Of a DNA stretch of 64,000 nt, positions 1-10,588 are shown piece after piece. The position numbers and the translations under genes were made by a program. Every line of letters starts with the position of its first letter. Within the stretch, counting starts at the first letter, position 1. The notes below the pieces were generated by a model, which saw nothing but the letters and a program-made list of their open reading frames with translations, did no database searches and was not told the origin of the DNA. The DNA comes from Candidatus Poribacteria bacterium (GTDB lineage Bacteria > Poribacteria > WGA-4E > WGA-3G), in the NCBI GenBank assembly GCA_965198235.1, contig OZ240248.1:4768001-4832000 (forward strand), read 5' to 3'.

Positions 1-1993
1 GCTTGCTGATTCAGATTCGATGATACGGCGCGAAGCCGCGATGGCACTTCGGCAAATGGACGCGACTCGAGCTGCGCAACCGCTGCTTGAAGCGTTGCAG
101 GTGGAGTCAAACGATTTGACGCTTTGGGCAATGCTTGAAGCGGTTGGTGAGTTGGCTACGCCTGATGCTATTCTTATGCTCGAATCGCTTCGCACTGCTG
201 GTTCTATGCTCACACGGATCGAAGCAAAGAAAAGCATCACTCGGATCGAGGCTCGTTATGCCAATGGAGGCACTTCTACATTCCCAGAAGCGTCTGAACC
301 TGAACTGCGTGGTGAGCGGATAGATACAAATGAACCGTCGGCGACAGCAGATCTTACAGATTCACAAACCATCCCAGAAGAAGACGTAATAGAATCGGAG
401 TCGAATGTTCCTCCTCACAGCACGGAAGGTTTTCAAGCCGCTACGTCCGACGATCCGTTTATAGAACAAGTAGAAAATGTAGCGATAGATGAGGTCTCAA
501 CAGTTGAATCCAGTGAGAAACAGCCGAAGATGTTTGTAGAAGAAATGTTCACAAGTCCTTCTATTGATTCAGGCGAAAGGACTGTGGCAGTTCCAGAAGA
601 GATAACTGATACACCGGATCATACACAGTCCGCCGATGAACTGGTCGATGTTATGGAGGAAGCGGAACCCGTAGATGAAATAACTGATACCGCGGATTAT
701 GTGCAGTTTGACGATGAACCGATTGAACCTATAGATGAAACCTGGGGAAATCCGCAGAGGAAACACCCTATCAAAAACCCCAAGCAAAAACCCCAAGCAA
801 AAACACCTACAGATACTTTAACAACCGATGCGGAATCAGCACAACGAGAAAAAGAAGATCAAGAGATAAACGATTTAGCGGAATCTATTGCACGATCGTC
901 TCGTCTTGCCGGTTCGTCAGTTAATCTTCCGGTGTTAGCACCGAATGCTGCCACTGTGCCGTATGATCCGAAGGGCACTGCACTTGAACCCGCACAGACG
1001 AACTTCTTCTTGACCCTAATACACCCCGGGAGGTATCTCTCCAAGCAATGGGTGCAGCGAACGCGCGTTTATCTGATATTGTGGGCTGTTCTCGTTATCG
1101 TTACGATCGGTTTCACTCAGTATCAGAAATATACAAAAATAGAGTTAAGTCCGCTGTCTCGTTTTGGGCTTTCTATCAGTGAACTACCGGAGTTGGTGAA
1201 ACGCTCATTGGCGGAAGGTGATTTCTACATTCAGGAAGGATATTATAGAAAAGCCATTAATTCGTATGAGTTGAGTAGAGGTCTCGGTGCCCTCCCGATT
1301 AGTTTCTATAGGAAACTCGGATTTGCGTACTTTAAGGAAGGTCAGTACGCGCTTGCCATTGAAGCATATGAACTGTTTTTAGAGGCAAGAGCGAATGAAA
1401 ACCCCGACGTGTTTGCCGCCGAAGCTTCACTCGTTGGAGTCTATCCGCTTACTTCGGTCGGAGAAGGAACGACACGCGATTATGAAACCTATAACATTCT
1501 TGGCACAGCGTATATGAAACTCGGACGTGCACTGGACGCGCAACGCGCCTACGAAAAGGCGATACATCTCGCACCAAAATATGGCGAGGCATACAATAAT
1601 CTCGCATGCCTCTATGCGGACAATTATCCGAATCACTTGCCCGCAAGTATTAATAACCCTCAAGTTTCGCACCCGTTTTTCGCAAATTCCGTTTTGCAGA
1701 CTTCACCCAGACTGCGGTTTGCTGAAGCGTTAGCCTATACAGCCGTAACGTTGAATCCGGATGTTGCTGCTTATCACGACACCCTCGGTTGGATTTTATC
1801 GAAGCGGGGACAAGTGAACAAGGGGATGAAAACTCTGGAACGTGCCATCGGTCTACAGAGCGATGCAGTCGAGCCTCATTATCATCTCGCACAGGTTGCG
1901 CTAAAAACCAACGAACGGAAGAAAGCAATACAAGCGATCCGAAACGTGTTCAAACTCAATCCGGCTTTTGTATCGCTCAATACAGTGAAATAG
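1..1993 (+). CDS. HEAT-repeat / acidic linker / single TM / TPR protein (probably 5'-truncated by window edge)
   Basis: N-terminal HEAT-like 'IRREAAMALRQM', long Asp/Glu-rich linker, TM 'VYLILWAVLVIVTIGF', then TPRs ('YNILGTAYMKLG', 'AYNNLA', 'YHDTLGWIL'). Frame is open back to the window start. Confidence 0.75.
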   Translation, partial: LADSDSMIRREAAMALRQMDATRAAQPLLEALQVESNDLTLWAMLEAVGELATPDAILMLESLRTAGSMLTRIEAKKSITRIEARYANGGTSTFPEASEPELRGERIDTNEPSATADLTDSQTIPEEDVIESESNVPPHSTEGFQAATSDDPFIEQVENVAIDEVSTVESSEKQPKMFVEEMFTSPSIDSGERTVAVPEEITDTPDHTQSADELVDVMEEAEPVDEITDTADYVQFDDEPIEPIDETWGNPQRKHPIKNPKQKPQAKTPTDTLTTDAESAQREKEDQEINDLAESIARSSRLAGSSVNLPVLAPNAATVPYDPKGTALEPAQTNFFLTLIHPGRYLSKQWVQRTRVYLILWAVLVIVTIGFTQYQKYTKIELSPLSRFGLSISELPELVKRSLAEGDFYIQEGYYRKAINSYELSRGLGALPISFYRKLGFAYFKEGQYALAIEAYELFLEARANENPDVFAAEASLVGVYPLTSVGEGTTRDYETYNILGTAYMKLGRALDAQRAYEKAIHLAPKYGEAYNNLACLYADNYPNHLPASINNPQVSHPFFANSVLQTSPRLRFAEALAYTAVTLNPDVAAYHDTLGWILSKRGQVNKGMKTLERAIGLQSDAVEPHYHLAQVALKTNERKKAIQAIRNVFKLNPAFVSLNTVK

Positions 1994-2010
1994 CGATGAT
2001 AGCAAAGAAT

Positions 2011-5000
2011 TTAGCGAATTACTGAGAATTTGCCGACGCGCCGATCCTTTTCAGACGCAAGGACATAGATATAGACCCCGCTGCTGACCCCAAAAAGTTC
2101 CCAAACCCTCCTATCCCTTTCATGTTCCGTTCGAATAAGCGATGCAATACAGTTCCCACTGACATCGTAGATATAAATGTTAGTTCCCGCCGGTAGTTTA
2201 TCGAATGTAACCTCATTACACTCTGCCACCGGATTGGGATAGACAACCACCTCTGCAAGCGTTGGTGCCGGGAGCATTATTGTCAACATTCTGGCATCCT
2301 CTGCGAGATCGGCACCGTATATATCCGAAAGTTGCAATGCCTCAATCTGATAACGATTACCTGTGCGGAAGACTTTTGGAGAGAATGTAAGGACAACCCG
2401 ATTCCGTGTTTTGTCAAGGATCGCCGAGCGCGGCGTGTAACTCTCCGAACCGTTTTCTGTGTTTCCCTGCTTGTGCAGACGGTAACGACCAGCGTATGTG
2501 GCAGAAACGCCCATCGGTTTGTCAAACTCCAATATGAGTTGATTCGGCGGTGAAGGCACAGCGGCACGCAAGCGCGGTCGTCGCGTTGGTACGACAGATA
2601 TCGATGTGGATTGTTTTGAAAGTGAACCGTTTGAATTCTGAGACGCGATTGCGTACCAGTACGTTTGTCCTGTGGTAAGTCCAGTATCCGTGAAATGTGT
2701 TTCCTGAATCCCATCACGAATCTTTTCCAGTAATTTCTCGCGTTCTCCGCGATAGAGGGTATATGCTACTGCATCCTGTGCTTCCTGCCAAGTCAGATGA
2801 ACTGAACGCTCGTCAATCGGTTTCGCCGTAATTCCCCACGGCGGGTTGAGCGGAACCCTTGATTGCGAAGTTGCAGTTACAGGTGTCTCGAAAACGGTCA
2901 AGGCATTATTACTGTTAAACAGCAGTGCCTTTGCTCCATTGCCATTTAGGTCGACTACAATCGGATTGAAAGTGCTTGTCGCGGTGTGGTGCCAGATAGG
3001 TCGATAGTCTACTCCGTCATACTGCACGAGATAGAAGTTTGGCTGAACAGCGATGCAAAGTTCATTGCGTCCATCGTTATTCGCGTCCACAATACTCATT
3101 CCATTTCCGCCATCCCACACGTCACGGATGCGTTGCGTCCACACAGCACGATAGGTATTATCACCATTTGATTTGAAAATAGTTAAAAGCCAGTGATAAT
3201 AACGGATATCAAGTTCTGTAGTGCCGATCTGGGTCCCCGTTTTGGCGCAGATAGCAAACTCGGCGTTTCCATCGCCGTCCATATCCCCAGCAGCGAAGAG
3301 GTGTGGAGTGCCTTCAGAAAGCCTGCTTATCCACGTTTGTCTGTATTGGTTGTTTCCAGTCGCTTCGTGTATGAATACATACCCATCGTTGTCCCCGGCT
3401 AAAATTTCTATGCGTCCATCTCCGTCAAAATCGCCTGTAGCGAAATTCGGGCTAATCCCGCTGTTTCCCCACATTGGGCTTTCAAGGGTAGCTGCAATTC
3501 GATAGTCGTTATCCGCGACTGCCTCGTAGACTGAAATAGCATTAGTGGTGTCATTGCGCGCAAAGATTTCAGGTGTGCCATCTGCATCCGCATCTGCGAT
3601 TGTCCGACTCCAATGCCCGTGTGTTTCCCAGATGTGTTCGGTTGGAAATTCGCCTTGTGAGGGTTGCTCCAGCAAAAATGTCGTTCCTGAGGCATTACAC
3701 AGTATTTCTATGAGTCCGTCGTTATCTGTATCAGCAGATGCCCAGAGCCATAGTGATTCGGGGAATGAAAAGATCTGCTTATACGTTCCATCATCCGCTA
3801 TCTCAAGAATTTGTGCTATGCCAGTTTCCATTTCAACGGCGAAGAGTTCCAATTCCCCGTTTCTGTTTATATCCACCGGTGAGGCGATAGCGTGCAATCC
3901 ACCCTCAATTGATGCGACTTGCGAGAAATGTGATATATGAATCGGGGTATCATTCACTTCAATCTGATATAACCTGCCGTTGTTGTCATCAATTTGCAGG
4001 TGTCCGACCCTACTTTTCACCCCTAATCGGTACAAATAAGTTCCCGGAGGTCCGCCTAAATCCGACATGTTGACGAAATGGAGCAAGTTCTCTGAGTCCG
4101 AATAGACAGCTCTATTGATATTTCCGTTTGCCTCAAAAATTTCGATTTTACCTGTGGTTAACGCTTCCGTTTCCCACATCACCACTGAATTGAATTTGTT
4201 TCCCGCAAGCCATGGTTGTGCTTCATGTTTTATAATAAGAGGTTCCTTGTGCCTCACATCAACAACCACTTTGACTCTCTTGATGTCCCCATTTTCAGGT
4301 TTAACACTCAGTCGCAGCGTATACCTGCCTTCCGCTAAAGTGGAGGTGTCCCACTTGTGTAGGCACGCGCTAAACTTCGGTTCAGTTTGCACAGTTCCCA
4401 ACGGATACCATAAATCTGGGACTTCGCCGATGCCATACTCCAGCCAGTATTCAGAAAATCCAGCGCCACCTGCACTCCCAATGATTTCAATTCTATCAAT
4501 ATACAAACCTACTGGAATTTGACTATACCGCACGTACCCACCTCCGCCACCGACGAATTCAATTTCATCAAGAGCGGGTTGGGGTGTCCGTCGAACATCA
4601 ATTTTCGCAATAAGCGATGTTGAAGCCGCGAGTGCTGCGTATGCATCAAGCGAACCTGCCCCAACGAGTTCGGTAATGAAAAGTGGCTTTGCAGTGGTAA
4701 TCAATTTCTCTTGAATTTCTATGTTAGTGGCGTGTGGATTTGCGGACAAAACGAGAGCCGCAACGCCAGAGACATGCGCAGTCGCCATGGATGTACCGGA
4801 TCTCCTTCGGTATTCCCCATTAAGGGCTGTGCTGAGAATTTCGTCACCGGGCGCGGCGATATTGATTGTAGCACCGAAATTAGAACCGTCATACAACTGC
4901 TTTTCCTGTCCAAGTCCCGCAACGGAGATAACGGGTTTAAGAGCAGCAGGATAGTAAGAACCGACTGCCGCCGAATTGCCTGCTGCACCAACCAGTACAC

Positions 5001-5937
5001 ACCCGCGATGATGGGCGTATTCTATGGCATCTTCTATGATGAAGGCACGCACCGTATCCCCCCAACTCATATTAATCACCCGTGCACCATTGTCTGCGGC
5101 GTAAACAATAGCGGCGGCGAGATCGTCGTTCTGGAGGTAAGCGCCCCCTCCATACTTGAAACCCGCTCTAACAGGCATCAAACGGCAGTTGGGCGCGATC
5201 CCCGCGATACCAAGCCCATTGTTCACTTTCGCGGCGATGATACCGGAGACGTGTGTCCCGTGTCCAGTTTCATCTTCGGGGTCGTTATCTCGGACTGTCC
5301 AATCGCCGCTGCCAGGAAGGGTTGGCGCGTCGCTAAAGTCCCATCCGTTTTTGTCATCAATATAGCCGTTTCCATCATCGTCGATACCGTTTTTCGGGAT
5401 CTCACCGACATTCTCCCAAATTTGCGAATGAAATTCAGGGTGTCGGGTCGCAATCCCGCTGTCAACGACCGCCACTGTCACTTGTGGTTTTCCTTGTTCT
5501 ATATCCCACGCTTGTAGCATATTTAGGACAGCCAGATTCCACTGTTCCGCATAGTTTGGATCGTTCGGCTCTGTTTCTGCACAGGGCTGGTTGAGACGAT
5601 TCATCTCAACCGCTTCAATGGTAGGATGCTGTTCATACCGTCGCCGTAACGTTTCCAATTTCCGACCTTTTGAAAATCGAATCAGATAAATACGACGGAG
5701 CTGGGGGTGTTGCCCGCCAGGCGTAGTAGTGGGAAAAACTGGGAAAACAGACACCGCACCAAAACGTCTACTCAACTTTTCGAGCTGCTCGCCGGACGCA
5801 TCCGGATGTAAACGGACGATCAGTTCTCCCGGTGTGTCAGTGATATGAGGGAAATCGTCTGAATTGCTTTGGGCAAAGACAAATTGTGAATTTAGAAACA
5901 ATATGAGGATGTAGAGGTAGAAAGATTTTTTTGTCAT
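2011..5937 (-). CDS. Secreted S8 (subtilisin-family) serine peptidase with FG-GAP/VCBS repeats, FN3, Ig-like and C-terminal FlgD/T9SS-A-like domain
   Basis: Catalytic motifs VAVVDSG, HGTHVSG and SGTSMAT; DxDxDG repeats; C-terminal 'VYPNP...IYDVSG...SGVYIY'. Signal peptide follows MTKK (5937); the ORF track starts at 5973. Confidence 0.9.
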   Translation of the reverse strand: MTKKSFYLYILILFLNSQFVFAQSNSDDFPHITDTPGELIVRLHPDASGEQLEKLSRRFGAVSVFPVFPTTTPGGQHPQLRRIYLIRFSKGRKLETLRRRYEQHPTIEAVEMNRLNQPCAETEPNDPNYAEQWNLAVLNMLQAWDIEQGKPQVTVAVVDSGIATRHPEFHSQIWENVGEIPKNGIDDDGNGYIDDKNGWDFSDAPTLPGSGDWTVRDNDPEDETGHGTHVSGIIAAKVNNGLGIAGIAPNCRLMPVRAGFKYGGGAYLQNDDLAAAIVYAADNGARVINMSWGDTVRAFIIEDAIEYAHHRGCVLVGAAGNSAAVGSYYPAALKPVISVAGLGQEKQLYDGSNFGATINIAAPGDEILSTALNGEYRRRSGTSMATAHVSGVAALVLSANPHATNIEIQEKLITTAKPLFITELVGAGSLDAYAALAASTSLIAKIDVRRTPQPALDEIEFVGGGGGYVRYSQIPVGLYIDRIEIIGSAGGAGFSEYWLEYGIGEVPDLWYPLGTVQTEPKFSACLHKWDTSTLAEGRYTLRLSVKPENGDIKRVKVVVDVRHKEPLIIKHEAQPWLAGNKFNSVVMWETEALTTGKIEIFEANGNINRAVYSDSENLLHFVNMSDLGGPPGTYLYRLGVKSRVGHLQIDDNNGRLYQIEVNDTPIHISHFSQVASIEGGLHAIASPVDINRNGELELFAVEMETGIAQILEIADDGTYKQIFSFPESLWLWASADTDNDGLIEILCNASGTTFLLEQPSQGEFPTEHIWETHGHWSRTIADADADGTPEIFARNDTTNAISVYEAVADNDYRIAATLESPMWGNSGISPNFATGDFDGDGRIEILAGDNDGYVFIHEATGNNQYRQTWISRLSEGTPHLFAAGDMDGDGNAEFAICAKTGTQIGTTELDIRYYHWLLTIFKSNGDNTYRAVWTQRIRDVWDGGNGMSIVDANNDGRNELCIAVQPNFYLVQYDGVDYRPIWHHTATSTFNPIVVDLNGNGAKALLFNSNNALTVFETPVTATSQSRVPLNPPWGITAKPIDERSVHLTWQEAQDAVAYTLYRGEREKLLEKIRDGIQETHFTDTGLTTGQTYWYAIASQNSNGSLSKQSTSISVVPTRRPRLRAAVPSPPNQLILEFDKPMGVSATYAGRYRLHKQGNTENGSESYTPRSAILDKTRNRVVLTFSPKVFRTGNRYQIEALQLSDIYGADLAEDARMLTIMLPAPTLAEVVVYPNPVAECNEVTFDKLPAGTNIYIYDVSGNCIASLIRTEHERDRRVWELFGVSSGVYIYVLASEKDRRVGKFSVIR

Positions 5938-6126
5938 ACAGCAAATTTTAGTAGCATGTAAACATTTAATCATTTATGGTGTTGTAGTATGGCACAACTT
6001 GTGCCTACGATTTTCTCTTAAAATTGCAATTCTATATCTTTATCTGCTATATTAATGATAGGGGATTCAGAGAGAAAAAACAAATTTTTCGTATCTTGTA
6101 ACAAACGCATAAGGAAGTGTGCAATT

Positions 6127-7764
6127 ATGAAAGCCTCAGAATTGATCGTTAAATGTCTGGAAAACGAAAACGTTGACTATATATTTGGACTACCGGGTGA
6201 AGAAAATCTGGATATGATGGATGCACTGTTGGAATCCAATATCCAATTTATTCAAACACGCGATGAACGCGGTGCCGCCTTCATGGCTGATGTTTACGGT
6301 CGTCTCACTGGACGCGCCGGCGTGTGTCTTGCTACCTTAGGTCCTGGAGCGATGAACCTTGTCACGGGAGTTGCTGATGCGAATATGGATAGGGCACCTC
6401 TCGTTGCAATCACTGGACAAGCAAGTTTAGACAGAATGCACAAAGAATCTCACCAATATATGGATGTCGTTTCCGTCTTCAAACCGATGACCAAATGGAA
6501 TACGCTCCTTCACCTCCCTGAAATCATCCCGGAAGCGGTTAGTAAAGCCTTCAAGACCGCGACGGGCGAGAAGCCGGGCGCTACACACATCGACTTTCCA
6601 GAGGATGTCGCCAAGATGGAAGTTAGCGCGGAACCTGTGCCACATGACTTTCCCAGCGAAGCCGAACCCGTTGCCTCCTGTTTGTTACGTGCCGCGCAAC
6701 TGATTAACGACGCAAAGCAACCTATTATTCTCGCGGGAAACGGTGTTGTTCGCCAAGGTGCCTCTCGAATTCTGACACAATTCGCTGAAATGACGAATAT
6801 TCCCATTGCACACACTTTTATGGGCAAAGGTAGTATTCCCTGGACCCATCGACTCTCACTCCTGAGTGTCGGATTGCAGGCAAACGATTTCGTCTCCTGT
6901 GGATTCGACAGGGCAGACCTCGTCATCGCAATCGGTTACGATATCGTCGAATATCATCCACGTCTCTGGAACCCCGATCGGAATAAGAAACTCATCCATA
7001 TTGATACACAACCGAGCGAAAGTGATGCCGCTTACGTCACTGATGTCGAGATGGTAGGCAACATCCGGCAGAGCCTTAGACACCTTATGGCACAAGAAAT
7101 CTATCCTAAAGATTCAGAGTATGCCTCAAACACTTTGCGAAAAATCATACTCGACCAACTCGACGAACATCGCGATGATGCAGGGTTTCCCATAAAGCCG
7201 CAAAAAATCTTGAGCGATGTCCGTTCCGTCCTCGCTGAAGATGATATTCTCATTTCCGATGTCGGTGCACACAAAATGTGGATCGCACGTATGTATCCAT
7301 GTTATCAACCTAATACGTGCATCATCTCCAACGGTTTCGCCTCCATGGGCATCGCGCTACCGGGGGCTTTTGTTGCTAAGCTTATCTATCCAGAACGTAA
7401 ATGTCTGGCAATCTGTGGTGATGGTGGCTTCCTGATGAACTCGCAGGAACTCGAAACAGCAACGCGAACCGGTGTGCCATTTGTCACGCTTATCTTCAAT
7501 GACGAGGCTTATGGACTTATTGAATGGAAGCAGATGAACGGTTTTGGTAGACCTGCCCACATCGACTTCACAAACCCCGATTTTGTCAAATATGCCGAAG
7601 CCTTTGGTGCCAAAGGCTATAGAGTCGAAGGAAGTGATGAACTGGTGCCTATACTCGAAGACGCGTTCAGTCAGAAAGTTCCTTCAGTTATTGATTGTCC
7701 CGTTGATTATGCCGAAAACCTACGCTTAACCGATGAACTTGGGCACCTGACATGCCCAATCTAA
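6127..7764 (+). CDS. Acetolactate synthase large subunit (ThDP-dependent)
   Basis: 'IFGLPGEEN', 'RDERGAAFMA', 'GPGAMN' and ThDP motif 'GDGGF...N'. Confidence 0.9.
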   Translation: MKASELIVKCLENENVDYIFGLPGEENLDMMDALLESNIQFIQTRDERGAAFMADVYGRLTGRAGVCLATLGPGAMNLVTGVADANMDRAPLVAITGQASLDRMHKESHQYMDVVSVFKPMTKWNTLLHLPEIIPEAVSKAFKTATGEKPGATHIDFPEDVAKMEVSAEPVPHDFPSEAEPVASCLLRAAQLINDAKQPIILAGNGVVRQGASRILTQFAEMTNIPIAHTFMGKGSIPWTHRLSLLSVGLQANDFVSCGFDRADLVIAIGYDIVEYHPRLWNPDRNKKLIHIDTQPSESDAAYVTDVEMVGNIRQSLRHLMAQEIYPKDSEYASNTLRKIILDQLDEHRDDAGFPIKPQKILSDVRSVLAEDDILISDVGAHKMWIARMYPCYQPNTCIISNGFASMGIALPGAFVAKLIYPERKCLAICGDGGFLMNSQELETATRTGVPFVTLIFNDEAYGLIEWKQMNGFGRPAHIDFTNPDFVKYAEAFGAKGYRVEGSDELVPILEDAFSQKVPSVIDCPVDYAENLRLTDELGHLTCPI

Positions 7765-7765
7765 C

Positions 7766-7860
7766 TATAGTGAATTATGAAAATATGTTGACACCTACTG
7801 GTAGGCGCGGTTTGTAACCGCGCCGATTCAAGTGTAAAGTTAATTGTATAATCCACCATA
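7766..7860. mobile_element. MITE-like element: imperfect terminal inverted repeats around a GTAG-REP hairpin
   Basis: Left end tatagtgaattatgaaaatatgttgacac versus reverse complement of right end tatggtggattatacaattaactttacac. Central gtag-gcgcggtt-tgt-aaccgcgc. A related partial copy lies at 59117-59180. Confidence 0.6.
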
Positions 7861-8050
7861 ATATCAACGTGAATCCGAATTTTTGTCTCTTTTATATAGA
7901 ACTCACGTTAATATAAGAAGACTAAATCCTGAATTTTGATTGCTCTGTGGCATAGAAAATGCTATTATCTTATTTTAACGTGTCGTAGTCTTTAGTCTAT
8001 TTACTTCGGAATTTGCTTCGTTTTTTTAGAGGAGGGTCCTGTACGAAAAA

Positions 8051-9097
8051 ATGGCAGTTTCAACAATTGAGTGGGTGGATGGCAGAATTCGGATGATTGA
8101 TCAGACGCTGCTGCCCAACGAATTCAAGCAGATTTATTGCGATGATCTCCCGACGGTCTGGGAAGCCATTAAATCCCTGCGTGTACGTGGCGCACCTGCG
8201 ATCGGTATCGCTGGTGCTTTGGGCGCAGTGATCGGAATATGGAATTCCACTGCGAAAACCTATGACGCTTTTGCCACCGAACTTAAATCCGCTACCGATT
8301 ATTTGGCAACATCGCGTCCCACAGCCGTGAATCTCTTTTGGGCACTGGATAGAATTACCCGAACAGCGCAAGAGAACAGCCATCTTCAGATCTCTGAACT
8401 CAAAGAGGTGCTACTTGCTGAGGCTTTGGAGATTATTGATGAGGATAAAGCGATGTGCCGTGCCATTGGGCAGCATGGTATGGCGTTACTAAACGAAAAC
8501 GACACTATTTTGACGCATTGCAACGCTGGAGGGTTAGCGACATCCGACTATGGCACGGCGTTAGCTGTCATGTTCAGTGCCCACAAAGCCGGTAAGAAGA
8601 TCCAAGTCTACGCTGATGAGACGCGCCCTCTTCTACAAGGCGCACGTCTCACCACTTGGGAACTCATGCAAGCGGGCATTGATGTGACGCTTATCTGTGA
8701 TAATATGGCCGCGCAGGTCATGAAAGAGGGTAAGATCCAATGCGTTATTGTGGGTGCCGACCGAATTGCTGCAAACGGCGACACTGCAAACAAGATCGGC
8801 ACCTATAATGTCGCTATCCTCGCAGAGGCACACGGCCTCCCCTTTTATGTCGCCGCACCGACTTCAACCTTAGACTTCGCCCTTGAAACCGGGGCAGAAA
8901 TTCCTATTGAACAACGGGCGGCGGAAGAAGTGACAGAAGGTTTCGGAAAACTAACTGCTCCTAAAGGTGTCAAAGTCTATAGTCCTGCGTTTGATGTCAC
9001 GCCCGCGGCGTTAGTCACAGCGATCATTACTGAGAAAGGCGTGGCGCGTGCCCCTTACACAGAGAGTCTGAAGGCTTTGAGAGACGCCCAAGTGTAA
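8051..9097 (+). CDS. mtnA: S-methyl-5-thioribose-1-phosphate isomerase
   Basis: 'VRGAPAIG', 'SRPTAVNL', 'LTHCNAG', 'ETRPLLQGARLT', 'NKIGTY'. Confidence 0.95.
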   Translation: MAVSTIEWVDGRIRMIDQTLLPNEFKQIYCDDLPTVWEAIKSLRVRGAPAIGIAGALGAVIGIWNSTAKTYDAFATELKSATDYLATSRPTAVNLFWALDRITRTAQENSHLQISELKEVLLAEALEIIDEDKAMCRAIGQHGMALLNENDTILTHCNAGGLATSDYGTALAVMFSAHKAGKKIQVYADETRPLLQGARLTTWELMQAGIDVTLICDNMAAQVMKEGKIQCVIVGADRIAANGDTANKIGTYNVAILAEAHGLPFYVAAPTSTLDFALETGAEIPIEQRAAEEVTEGFGKLTAPKGVKVYSPAFDVTPAALVTAIITEKGVARAPYTESLKALRDAQV

Positions 9098-9106
9098 ACC
9101 TTCAAG

Positions 9107-10396
9107 TTATGCGGCTTTCGCAATGTTCGAGCGGGTGCCACTTATATCGAAGCAAGCGTACTGGTTCGTATTCATAATCCGGGTTGCAAACGCCATTGCC
9201 TGTTTTTCCGTGAGGTAACCGTCCGCGATCTCGGCTTCAAGGGCGCGTCGAATTTCGTTTCTCGCTTGAATCGCATACGCCATGGCACTGGTCGGCCACC
9301 CTGTATCGCCGCCGAAAGCGAACAATTTATTTGACGGAACAGCATGGATGCACCGGCGGAGGAAATCACGCGAACTATACGGATCGATGCTCCACGCCCA
9401 GCAGAAGTCAACCCAAATATTACGATAATGCTTGGCGAGTGCGACGAGTTCATCGTTATAAGGGTAGGCGATGTGCATCAATACAAACTTCGCGTCGAGA
9501 TACTGAGCGAAAAGGGCACACATGTTGCCCGCAGGGATACGTCGCACCGGCATCCGATCATTGCCTGCATAATAACCGGTGTGAATTTTGAAAGGGAGAT
9601 TGTGTTCAATCGTGAGTTCAACGCCTCGCGCCCAGCACCAATCGCCGAGGCAGAGCCGCGTCGCTTCGTCAACCTCTGCGGCAGGTTTTGTGAGCACAGC
9701 ATTCAGGGCAGTAGAAGCCTCAGCATCGCTCCTTTCGCTCCAGTTGAGTGTGCGATTGTAAGCGTGTTGTGATTTTACAGCGATAGCACAAGGGGCGTGC
9801 TTGGCGAAAATCGCCGCCATAGCGGACTTGAGGGAAGCGAGGTCGTTGACTTCAACACCTGTCTCGGCGTGGATAGCACTTGGATCAACCTGTCCGTTAC
9901 AGAATGTTGCCCATGAGAGATCGTAGAGAAAAAAATCCGGACCGGATGTGTCTGGTGTGCACTGCCAACTGAAATCATCTGTTTGAATGTGATCGAGGTT
10001 TGCGATGTCGTGTAAAATGTGATAACGTTTGCCGGGAGTGCGAAGCGTCTTTAGGTTATGGGCACCCGCGAGTCCATCGCCTGTCAGTTCGTCAAGTCCG
10101 TAGATGTGTTTTGCGATGAGACTGACTGCTTCGCCGTATCCAGTAAATTGTGTCGCTTCCCACGCGTCTCGGATACCTTCAAACCGTGATGCAATGTCTT
10201 GAGAAGCGTCCATCAGGTTGCGCATCGCTTCTGGGGAGGCACCGGCTGTTACCAGGTCGGCAGGGACGTAGTTTCCGAATAGATCTTGGAGGATATCGGG
10301 TCCATTCTCAACCCATTCGGCTTCGCGCTTCATGTGTTCGTGCGTGTCAACAAGGCGAATAGATTGAATGTGATGTGTCAAATCGGTGGTTTCCAT
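9107..10396 (-). CDS. Amidohydrolase family protein
   Basis: 'VDTHEH' HxH motif, 'KIHTG', 'VLMH', 'FGGD'. Confidence 0.8.
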   Translation of the reverse strand: METTDLTHHIQSIRLVDTHEHMKREAEWVENGPDILQDLFGNYVPADLVTAGASPEAMRNLMDASQDIASRFEGIRDAWEATQFTGYGEAVSLIAKHIYGLDELTGDGLAGAHNLKTLRTPGKRYHILHDIANLDHIQTDDFSWQCTPDTSGPDFFLYDLSWATFCNGQVDPSAIHAETGVEVNDLASLKSAMAAIFAKHAPCAIAVKSQHAYNRTLNWSERSDAEASTALNAVLTKPAAEVDEATRLCLGDWCWARGVELTIEHNLPFKIHTGYYAGNDRMPVRRIPAGNMCALFAQYLDAKFVLMHIAYPYNDELVALAKHYRNIWVDFCWAWSIDPYSSRDFLRRCIHAVPSNKLFAFGGDTGWPTSAMAYAIQARNEIRRALEAEIADGYLTEKQAMAFATRIMNTNQYACFDISGTRSNIAKAA

Positions 10397-10451
10397 GCAA
10401 AGTCTCCTTTAAAAACTGAGTATAGACTGTCCATAGTCTCATACTTGATAC

Positions 10452-10480
10452 TTGACAAATACGTTGAATTATGATTTAAT
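10452..10480 (+). promoter_or_regulatory. Sigma70-type promoter upstream of the CSD-Hfq-like gene
   Basis: TTGACA-17 nt-TTTAAT with an extended TG. Confidence 0.55.
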
Positions 10481-10558
10481 AGATAATGTCTTGGCAATTT
10501 ACCTCTCTTTTCAGTGTTGTAGGACGGAGTTGGTTCCGAAAAAGATGAGGTCTGCTCT

Positions 10559-10588
10559 ATTGTATAAAGGGTAGCGTTGTTGTGTCAA
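10559..10588 (-). promoter_or_regulatory. Sigma70-type promoter facing the amidohydrolase gene
   Basis: Minus strand TTGACA-18 nt-TACAAT. Confidence 0.5.

Noticed and set aside
598-803. Short duplications (EITDTPDH/EITDTADY; aaaaccccaagc twice)
   Set aside because: Ordinary slippage within a disordered linker.
4711-5517. 268-aa plus-strand ORF (and similar ones at 23533-24123, 49844-50575, 14686-15342)
   Set aside because: All are antisense to well-supported genes and have no recognisable motifs.
7861-8050. Possible SAM riboswitch upstream of mtnA
   Set aside because: No SAM-I or SAM-II consensus elements are visible; the region is AT-rich with only a weak inverted repeat.
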